Assembly: GCA_021774775.1 (NCBI GenBank)
Contig: JAJFIT010000249.1
Span: forward strand, 4,099 to 68,098
Length of the DNA stretch: 64,000 bases
Reading direction: 5' to 3'
DNA from: Alphaproteobacteria bacterium
GTDB taxonomy: Bacteria > Pseudomonadota > Alphaproteobacteria > Sphingomonadales > Kordiimonadaceae
The notes beneath the pieces are model-generated. The model was not told the DNA's origin, searched no databases, and was given only the letters and a program-made list of their open reading frames with translations. The translations under genes and the position numbers were made by a program. How positions within the stretch are numbered: the stretch's first letter is position 1; each line of letters starts with the position of its first letter. Shown here one piece after another: positions 48,606 through 55,780 of the stretch.

Positions 48606-50020
48606 GACGCCCTCCGTTCTATTTCCGGGAAGGTACCGTCATCAGGAACATGCACCCGATCATCAAGAATATGGGCGATGTCCCGTTCGGCAGTACGGTG
48701 GAGCTCTTCAAGCGCATGGAGTGCTTCATTGCGTTTCTCTGCGACGACTACCTTGATCGTTGCCCGGCGTTCATGAAGCGCGTCGGAACTGCACCCAAGA
48801 TCAGTATTGAGCGAAACGCGTTCGGTGAAATATGCGGGAACATCTTGCGTGCGTATCCGCACATTTTCTTCGCGGTATGAAGTGATAAGCTCATTGCACA
48901 GGCGACTGATTTGTACAGCGCGGTCTTCGCAGTATCGGGCACAAAGCATCGCGACGTTAATCAAAGCATTCGCCTTGGCTGCCCGCTTATCAAGTTGTTT
49001 CAGTGCGTCGTCAATTTCGTCTGTTGCGTAGGCAACCACACTTTCCACATCCCGAACCTGACGGCGCTTGAGATTTTCAAGCGCCAGAGCCGTTTTGTGA
49101 TATTGGCGAGTAATGGCACCATATTTTGGATAGGGATCGTCCAAGACCCGATACCCATCAATCACGGTCAAGAATGCGGCAAAAATCCCAAGTCCGAACA
49201 AGAACACGGCGTCGGCGCTCTCTGTTATATTAAAAAGTCCCGCCGACATGTGTTGACCGGCGAGCCAAACAGCATTTTCGAGATCAATGCCAAGCGCGAT
49301 GCGGTAGTGCGCGACATAAAGATTCAAGAAGAGAAGCCACGCACACCCAAACATCAGTCCCGCAACTGCTCGCCGTCGGTACGCAGAATCAATGTGGTGG
49401 AGATGACGACACGCATGGATACCAACCATAAGCGCGGGCCCAATATTTATGACGCTGATCAGAAACGCCTGCCACCAGCCACCAAGCAATCCACGGGCAT
49501 CATGTTCGCCGAGAATGCCTCCACTGAAAATGACTTCAGCACCAAAAAGCACAAACAGTAGCCCCCATCCCAAGAGCGGGAACTCCGGGTATTTTGCGCT
49601 TCGGTGACCAAGCCGATGCGTTGTTTGGAACTGGGTAAGTTCGTTTCGAGCGGAATCAACTGACTGCCGAGACGCACCTCGTTCTGCGTTGCCTTGCGCC
49701 CGATAGTTAGTCAGTTCGTGGTGTGCAACAACATTCGGTTTAGCGATGTCCAGATCAGAAAAGGCGTACTCAGGTTGGTTAAATTTTTCATCACACCGGC
49801 GCAGTTCTCCTTCGATATGCTGGCGCACACCGGTGATCGCATTCTTCGATGCATTGAGTATTTTTTGCTGTGAAGCATTCAGATCGACATCTTCGACTCT
49901 GGGTCTATCGACTTCACCATCAACCCGACCTGACTTGGCGACACTGTTTTTGCTGGGAAGGCGATATCGCCATCCCAGAATTGCATGCTGGAATGCATGC
50001 CAGATATTTCTAAATGACAT
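48602..50020 (-). CDS. Hypothetical membrane protein with four central TM segments flanked by long helical/coiled-coil regions
   Basis: 472 aa with a TM block at about aa 150-290. 'DDPYPKYG' and 'YREEN..R....P.YF' motifs. ATGA overlap with the vWA-like gene. Confidence 0.7.
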   Translation of the reverse strand: MSFRNIWHAFQHAILGWRYRLPSKNSVAKSGRVDGEVDRPRVEDVDLNASQQKILNASKNAITGVRQHIEGELRRCDEKFNQPEYAFSDLDIAKPNVVAHHELTNYRAQGNAERGASRQSVDSARNELTQFQTTHRLGHRSAKYPEFPLLGWGLLFVLFGAEVIFSGGILGEHDARGLLGGWWQAFLISVINIGPALMVGIHACRHLHHIDSAYRRRAVAGLMFGCAWLLFLNLYVAHYRIALGIDLENAVWLAGQHMSAGLFNITESADAVFLFGLGIFAAFLTVIDGYRVLDDPYPKYGAITRQYHKTALALENLKRRQVRDVESVVAYATDEIDDALKQLDKRAAKANALINVAMLCARYCEDRAVQISRLCNELITSYREENVRIRTQDVPAYFTERVSLNTDLGCSSDALHERRATIKVVVAEKRNEALHALEELHRTAERDIAHILDDRVHVPDDGTFPEIERRAS

Positions 50021-50092
50021 TGGATACTCCTTTGTTGAAATAATAGTAAGAGTGCTTTGCCAAAAACCGTTTCAATGCTGTTTGATGATAGG

Positions 50093-50380
50093 TCATGGGC
50101 TGTATTTTCCGATGACGGACAGCACTTCTTCACCTGAAGACAGGTGGAGAGCACGAAGAGCAAGGGCTTCAAGATGCACTACGTCAAACGTTGTGCAGCC
50201 ATCGCGTTTTGGGTTTGTACGCCTACAGGCGTTAATCGCGGCAATGAAATTGCCCTTCAGGAAAAATCGCACTGCGTGATGGAATGCTGTCCAAGCAATA
50301 TTCGGGTCTCTAAAACGCCATTCGTGCGTCTTGCGAACTGCTCGTTGTAGTTCCATGATCGGATTGATTTTGGTCGCCAT
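50093..50380 (-). CDS. Hypothetical protein (~95 aa)
   Basis: ATG preceded by a GGAGG RBS. First gene of the leftward operon. Confidence 0.5.
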   Translation of the reverse strand: MATKINPIMELQRAVRKTHEWRFRDPNIAWTAFHHAVRFFLKGNFIAAINACRRTNPKRDGCTTFDVVHLEALALRALHLSSGEEVLSVIGKYSP

Positions 50381-50466
50381 AACAGCCTCCGCTTCCTGTG
50401 AGGAAAGCGAAGCCACGATGCTCATGGAGCAGATTGACGCTACTTATGGTTGTGATACAATCTGAG

Positions 50467-50550
50467 TAACGTCTCGGTGGCAATCTTTCCTCGGTATGTG
50501 TTGCCCCTAGGCGGGGGACGTTGGGCCTCCATGCCCTTCGTCCCTTTTTT
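50467..50550 (+). ncRNA. Candidate cis-antisense small RNA
   Basis: Upstream TTGACG-16nt-TACAAT (50434-50461) with an extended -10 TG. Internal GGCAA/TTGCC stem and a terminal hairpin GGGACGttGGGC-ctccat-GCCCttCGTCCC followed by T6. Confidence 0.5.
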
Positions 50551-50555
50551 ATGCC

Positions 50556-50620
50556 TGACTTTTGATCAAGAGTCAATACTTGCCATATGATGCCATATCA
50601 TGTTGCCATATCATGTTGCC
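50556..50620. promoter_or_regulatory. Leftward promoter region with a 20-bp palindrome and tandem TGCCATATSA repeats
   Basis: TGACTTTTGATCAAGAGTCA palindrome at 50556-50575 and minus-strand TTGACT-17-CATAAA. Repeats TGCCATATGA TGCCATATCA TGT TGCCATATCA TGT TGCC at 50581-50620. Confidence 0.55.
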
Positions 50621-50716
50621 GATACATGGAAATAAGAAACACCGCGACGGGAAAATTCTCCGTAAAGAATTCGCCTTTCTCGACCTATCGGCGTGAGTCA
50701 ATGAAGTAAAGGGATC

Positions 50717-51424
50717 TCAACCTTGAGCGATATACTCAAGACACATAAAGGGCGGCGTAGCTGCATTGCCCTGCTCAAAAATCTCATCGATACGCGCAAT
50801 GGCAAGACCAGCTTTTCTTCCAATAGCGGACATAGTGGTGAGCGACCGATGAAAGTCCTCGAAAGATATAGCTGCGCTGGCTCGCTTAGCTGAATCTGGA
50901 TATACGTTCACGGTATAGGAATGACAGTCTATGTTGTAGTCTGCTTGCGAAAGATGCATATCGAAGGTTGAGAATGAACAGTCACGAAAACAGGGATGGG
51001 AATCGACTATCATTAGCGTGCCCCCGTCTGAAAGGCTGTCTTTTGCATCAGCAAGCATTTGGACCGCAAGTTCGTTTGATGACACAGTCACTAGGACTAG
51101 CACGAGAATAATCAGGTCAAATTTCTTGTGAAACTCAGAGCAACTCTGTACTCCCCATTCGAATTCCTCAAAATTAAGATTGGGCGCAGCATGTCGCGCA
51201 TCTGCAGCCATTATTGCGGAATGTGATTTATCAAGCCCTCGCACTTGGCTTGCCAATGTGGCCATGCCTGCAGCAAAATCCCCATTGCCACACCCAATCT
51301 CCAGAATACGGTTTGGCGCTAATGCCGAGACACGTTTATTCAAGAAGGGATACAGGCAATTATACTTAATGTCCCCGTGAATACCGTAGTACGATGGGGG
51401 AATTCGTCGGATTGGACTTCCCAT
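50717..51424 (-). CDS. Class I SAM-dependent methyltransferase (small-molecule type)
   Basis: Motif I ILEIGCGNG, 'GLD.S', 'FDLI', 'L..GG.L', 'HPCF' and 'FHRSL'. No DPPY/NPPY or PC motif. Confidence 0.85.
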   Translation of the reverse strand: MGSPIRRIPPSYYGIHGDIKYNCLYPFLNKRVSALAPNRILEIGCGNGDFAAGMATLASQVRGLDKSHSAIMAADARHAAPNLNFEEFEWGVQSCSEFHKKFDLIILVLVLVTVSSNELAVQMLADAKDSLSDGGTLMIVDSHPCFRDCSFSTFDMHLSQADYNIDCHSYTVNVYPDSAKRASAAISFEDFHRSLTTMSAIGRKAGLAIARIDEIFEQGNAATPPFMCLEYIAQG

Positions 51425-52074
51425 TACTGATTATCACGTCGACGAATAAGTGCGACAACAATGTAAACAACAGGCGTATCTACAGCAGCAATAAATAGTT
51501 TCACCAGATATTGGCCGACCATCATGCCAAAGAGTACGCTCCATGGGAAAACGCCACCAAACCCCAGCGACAAAAAGAGTACAGTATCAATCGCCTGACT
51601 AACTGCTGTGGATAGATTGTTGCGCAACCACAAATGCTTGCCGTTAGTCATCTGTCTAATCTTTGAGAACAACAGCACATCATTAAGTTGGGCTACAAAG
51701 TATGTGATAATCGCCGCTACGACCAACCGTGGTGTTAGACCCAACACTTCTTCATATTTTGCTTCATTGGGCGCGAAGAACTCTGCAGGAGGCAAATAGA
51801 TAGCCAAGGCGACTAAAACACCTGTAATCACGTATGCAATCAATCCGATTTTTACAATTTTCTTTGCTTCGTCTTTACCCCATATTTCACCAACGATGTC
51901 GGTGCAGGGGAAAAGAAATGCATAGACCACTGCGCCAGCAACAAAAGTTAAGCCCGCAACATCAACTACTTTGTATGAAAGCAATAAAGAAATCGGAATA
52001 CATGCAAAAAAGATGGCCTTAATTGCGTCCAAAACATATGAGTGCTCACGTAGACCTTCATATTCAGGCTGCAT
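51424..52074 (-). CDS. Queuosine precursor transporter (YhhQ/QPTR, VUT family)
   Basis: 'F..TDIVGEIWGK..A...V..G', 'R...A.I..Y.VAQL.DV..F', 'HLWLRNNLST.VSQ.IDT.LF' and 'K...A..DTP..Y'. TAATG overlap with the methyltransferase start. Confidence 0.9.
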   Translation of the reverse strand: MQPEYEGLREHSYVLDAIKAIFFACIPISLLLSYKVVDVAGLTFVAGAVVYAFLFPCTDIVGEIWGKDEAKKIVKIGLIAYVITGVLVALAIYLPPAEFFAPNEAKYEEVLGLTPRLVVAAIITYFVAQLNDVLLFSKIRQMTNGKHLWLRNNLSTAVSQAIDTVLFLSLGFGGVFPWSVLFGMMVGQYLVKLFIAAVDTPVVYIVVALIRRRDNQ

Positions 52075-53128
52075 TTCGGCAATCTCCTTCACCAAGTCTC
52101 TGTAAAATACCTTCGCACAAAGCGATTTTTTCGTTGTCTCGTGCAGACGCCTTTAAATCCTCTATGAGCTTGACTACCTCAGCCTTCACTAAGGATTGGC
52201 CCACCTCAGCCAAAGGGATAACCAACCGCCTGCCGTCGTCAGCATCCACGCTCGTATTAAATGAAGGGGCTTGGCCATTTTCGGGTAGAACCACGATTTG
52301 GTTTTCCCCCGGTTGAAACAGGTAGGTCTTAACTTTGAATACCTCTAAGCACCCTTGGCCTGATTGGTGATGCCGCTCGAACCGTTCTATAGAATACTCA
52401 GCATCTTCCAATGCTCGTGTGATAACACGGCGTGCACGACGAGAACTTTCATCTGCCAGATGCCCTTCAACAAACTCTTCATTCGGAAAGAAATAGAGTA
52501 AGCTGATCCCCCTCTTTAGGGCGTCTGCAAGTATACTGTCCACTCGCTCTTTGAGAGCCACATTGACAGTGTTGGTGTCGAACTCAATAAGCGTATTCAT
52601 CGAGAACACTAAACAAACACTGTTGTGTGCAAGTTTACGCAAGAAGCTGTCTAACGCATTAATGGTCGCTGATCTATTGTCCAAATCAATTGTGGTCACC
52701 ATGTCGAAATTAACTTTGGATTGCCCTCCCTCTAGATCGGACACGCCATCGGCTTCAAAGCCGCTTACCAGAAACTCCGCTGCTGCTCTTGCCACATGAG
52801 GATTTGAGGTTTCCAGATGGTAATCTTTCAAGATTTCTTCAATTGGTCGCTTTGTCTCTGACTCGGAATAGGCAAATTTATACAATCTGACCAACGCCCG
52901 TGCCCACGAAAGATATTGTCGACCGTCTGGTTTTTTTCCACCTTGATCGCTCCAAGTATTATCTTCCTCCCGCGTCCAGCGTGCGCTATCAGTCAAGGCA
53001 TAACTGCCATTTAGAACAGCACTGACTACGTTTGGAGATACCCCTGCTCGTGCAGCCAAATCACTTTGGGAACGCCAAAGTAGGTTTTGACATTCAAATA
53101 GTGCCCGCACTAACCTCGTTTGCGCCAT
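52064..53128 (-). CDS. XRE-like HTH protein with an uncharacterised C-terminal domain
   Basis: 'SQSDLAARAGVSPNVVSAVLNG' HTH. Start chosen at MAQTR (GAAGGG upstream). The 3' end overlaps the transporter start. Confidence 0.7.
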   Translation of the reverse strand: MAQTRLVRALFECQNLLWRSQSDLAARAGVSPNVVSAVLNGSYALTDSARWTREEDNTWSDQGGKKPDGRQYLSWARALVRLYKFAYSESETKRPIEEILKDYHLETSNPHVARAAAEFLVSGFEADGVSDLEGGQSKVNFDMVTTIDLDNRSATINALDSFLRKLAHNSVCLVFSMNTLIEFDTNTVNVALKERVDSILADALKRGISLLYFFPNEEFVEGHLADESSRRARRVITRALEDAEYSIERFERHHQSGQGCLEVFKVKTYLFQPGENQIVVLPENGQAPSFNTSVDADDGRRLVIPLAEVGQSLVKAEVVKLIEDLKASARDNEKIALCEGILQRLGEGDCRNAA

Positions 53129-53244
53129 TTTTACCAACCCTTCAATATTTATCCATATTTCAAATGCCATACTATGACTACGAAAGCCAGTAGTCAAATC
53201 ACGTGTTATGGTGTAAATAATGATCAGCAGGAGATAGGTTTGCA

Positions 53245-54444
53245 CTAATTATCTCTGTGCTCCACAGGTACATGCGGAAACGTATTTGCAGATAGCGGCC
53301 TCGAAGGCGAACCATCAATCATCATTTTGAGATAGATGTGATAATTGGCTTGTCCCATTAAATCTTCCTGACCGATATCAGGATAAAACTCACGTGCCAA
53401 TATAGGCGCGTCCTTCGCCCCCACACGAAATGCTATTAGCGTCCCCACATTCCCCAACACCGCCAAACGGATACTTTCAGGCACTTGATGCATATGCTGA
53501 TTAGACAGAACCAAGGCTACTTTCGTTTTACGTAATTCCGATACAGCATCAGCGAAGCTATCGATGGCCATATTTTGAAACTCATCAACAAACAGGTGAA
53601 ATGGCACTCGTTCATGTTCTGGCTGATCTGCCCTACTGAAAGCCGCCAGCGTCAGCATGGTGACAAGCAGACCACCAAGCAGTGAAGAAGCGTCCTCGCC
53701 GATACGTCCTTTGGCCACGTTAATAATCAAAATTCTCCGCTCGTCCATAATCCGCCGAAATGAAATCGGTTTCTTTGGTTCCGTAAGGACACGATAGAGC
53801 ATAGGGTCTGAGAGAAATGCTCCCACTTTGTTCACCACCGGCCCCAGCGCACTTGGCCGGTTAAACCCACCGGCTACAAAGTCTCGTTCCCAGAATAGAC
53901 GCACCTGTGGATTGTCTATTTGTCCGACTACCGTCGCCCGAAACTGTTTATCTAAAAGCAGACGTGGAATGTCTGCCAGCGTTGCATGAGGAATGTCCAA
54001 AAGCGCTAACAGCGCATTGCGGAAAATGTGCTCCATGTTAACGCCCCAGCTGTTGCCACCACCCCACTGTTTTTTAAAGACTTCCAAAATGCCAGAGGCA
54101 ACCAGCGGACGCTTTTGAGGAGAAACCGGGCGGATTGGGTTATAGCCATACGGCTGTTCTGTATCTGGTGCATTGAGGTAGATAAGGTCATTTTGGCGGT
54201 GTGCTGGAATGGAGGCTGCAATACGGTCGGCACTGTCGCCGTGAGGGTCGATATACGCCAGCCCGCGACCAGCTCGCACATCCTGCATTATGAGGTTTTC
54301 TATAAGGGTCGTTTTACCCGCACCTGTCTTCCCAATGCAGTAAACGTGACTGTGCCGGTCGGCTTGTTTGATGCCAAACTTAATACCCTGATTACGGAAG
54401 TTAGTGCGGGCGAAATATGAGACTTCGTTATGTTGTGAAAGCAT
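53245..54444 (-). CDS. Soluble TraD/TrwB/HerA-like P-loop ATPase (T4SS DNA-binding-domain protein)
   Basis: 'DR..H.Y.IGKTGAGKT', 'IDPHGD', 'LFVDEFQN', 'SE.RK', 'A.LGNVGT.I.FRVG..DA'. No TM anchor. Confidence 0.85.
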   Translation of the reverse strand: MLSQHNEVSYFARTNFRNQGIKFGIKQADRHSHVYCIGKTGAGKTTLIENLIMQDVRAGRGLAYIDPHGDSADRIAASIPAHRQNDLIYLNAPDTEQPYGYNPIRPVSPQKRPLVASGILEVFKKQWGGGNSWGVNMEHIFRNALLALLDIPHATLADIPRLLLDKQFRATVVGQIDNPQVRLFWERDFVAGGFNRPSALGPVVNKVGAFLSDPMLYRVLTEPKKPISFRRIMDERRILIINVAKGRIGEDASSLLGGLLVTMLTLAAFSRADQPEHERVPFHLFVDEFQNMAIDSFADAVSELRKTKVALVLSNQHMHQVPESIRLAVLGNVGTLIAFRVGAKDAPILAREFYPDIGQEDLMGQANYHIYLKMMIDGSPSRPLSANTFPHVPVEHRDN

Positions 54445-54582
54445 AACGTCTATTGTCTATGGAGCATTTTGCTTAGCTAGGCTATCGATTTTGACTAAAT
54501 CTTGCTCAGCCATTTCTCGTTTTGATTGGGCGGATTACACGTTATAATGGTCGTAAGCATTAATTAAGAGCGATCTACAATC

Positions 54583-55764
54583 ATGACCTCAAAAACACCT
54601 GACGAAGAGCACCTAGGGAAATATACTCCCAACAAACCTCATAAGGACAATTGGAAAAAGACGGCGGGTGCATACATCACGGTTGTTTTTGAAGAGGATG
54701 ACGAAACGCCATCAGGCGTCGATATCCATACCCAACCATATCTAAAAAATCGGATAAAAGTCCGGCTCTCGTGGGTGAAAGAAAGTGACGAGATCAAAGA
54801 AATCGAGATCAAGAAGTTTAAGCACTATAAAAATGATGGTTGGAAAGAAGATCACGACGAGTGGGGCTATGGAGGCATAAAGTTAAAGCCAGTAACGACC
54901 GGACTAATCTTAGAGTTTTTGCGAACAATTACATCCCTCGACATCAATGAAATTAAACAGCGACGCATGAGTCTGAATGTTGAGGGTGATCTCCCGCTCG
55001 ACGATCAGATGAAACGGCAGTTGCGCACATACCTTTCAAAATCAGGTGGTCGTGAGTTCATCCAAGAATTACTAAGCACCGGATTTTTGCAGGCAGGCGA
55101 CATCGTCAATACGAGCTTTCGCAGAGAGCAACTCGAACAATTTGAGCGCATGCTCAGCGATCCCGACACCTTGAAGGCTTATGCGCGCAGTCAGGGTGTG
55201 TCAGAGACAAAAGAAGAAGGGATTTGGCAACGCTTTTTTGAACAGAACCAGTGGATCTTTGGATACGGTCTGGACTACAGATTTCAAGGATTGCTTCAAT
55301 CTCAGCCGTCAATGTCGTCTGGTGAGGCGGATGGGAGCGACTATGTCATCAGTGATTTTCTTCTCGGTGACAGCCAGTTTATGGTGTTCGTGGAGATCAA
55401 AAAACCAAGCACCCTACTCTTTACTGGGACTCAGAACCGTGCACGGAGTTGGCGTTTGTCTTCTGACCTCTTTGATTCTGTTTCGCAGATATTAGAACAA
55501 AAGGCGGGCGGACAAAGTTTTTATGAAGCAGGTGACAAGTTCAACAACGCTGGCCAAAAAATTGTCCAGCGTCCACATGACTCCAAAGTTCTTCTGATTA
55601 TCGGAAGTTGGGATCAAATAACGCAGGACAATGAGAAAGTTCAGGACACCAAGCGCCGTACGCTTGAGTTGTTCCGGCGAGACTCCCGAAATGTTGAAAT
55701 ACTAACCTATGATGAACTGCTCGACCGAGCTCGCTTCATTGTTGAGCACTCATCCGGACAGTGA
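54583..55764 (+). CDS. sduA: Shedu anti-phage nuclease (DUF4263)
   Basis: 'E..WQ.FFE.N.WIFG', 'DFL', 'VEIKKP.T.L', 'SQIL.QK', 'IIG' and 'ELFRR..RNVEILTYDEL..RA.FIV'. Confidence 0.85.
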   Translation: MTSKTPDEEHLGKYTPNKPHKDNWKKTAGAYITVVFEEDDETPSGVDIHTQPYLKNRIKVRLSWVKESDEIKEIEIKKFKHYKNDGWKEDHDEWGYGGIKLKPVTTGLILEFLRTITSLDINEIKQRRMSLNVEGDLPLDDQMKRQLRTYLSKSGGREFIQELLSTGFLQAGDIVNTSFRREQLEQFERMLSDPDTLKAYARSQGVSETKEEGIWQRFFEQNQWIFGYGLDYRFQGLLQSQPSMSSGEADGSDYVISDFLLGDSQFMVFVEIKKPSTLLFTGTQNRARSWRLSSDLFDSVSQILEQKAGGQSFYEAGDKFNNAGQKIVQRPHDSKVLLIIGSWDQITQDNEKVQDTKRRTLELFRRDSRNVEILTYDELLDRARFIVEHSSGQ

Positions 55765-55780
55765 TACGCAGTGGGGGGTG

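Noticed and set aside
50581-50620. CRISPR-like or iteron array
   Set aside because: The repeats are 10-13 bp, directly adjacent, with no spacers and no cas or rep gene nearby. Treated as operator-like repeats.
51424-53245. dpd DNA-modification cluster or preQ1 riboswitch around the YhhQ gene
   Set aside because: There is no DpdA/TGT or Que biosynthesis gene in the window. The transporter start overlaps the upstream CDS, leaving no leader for a riboswitch.
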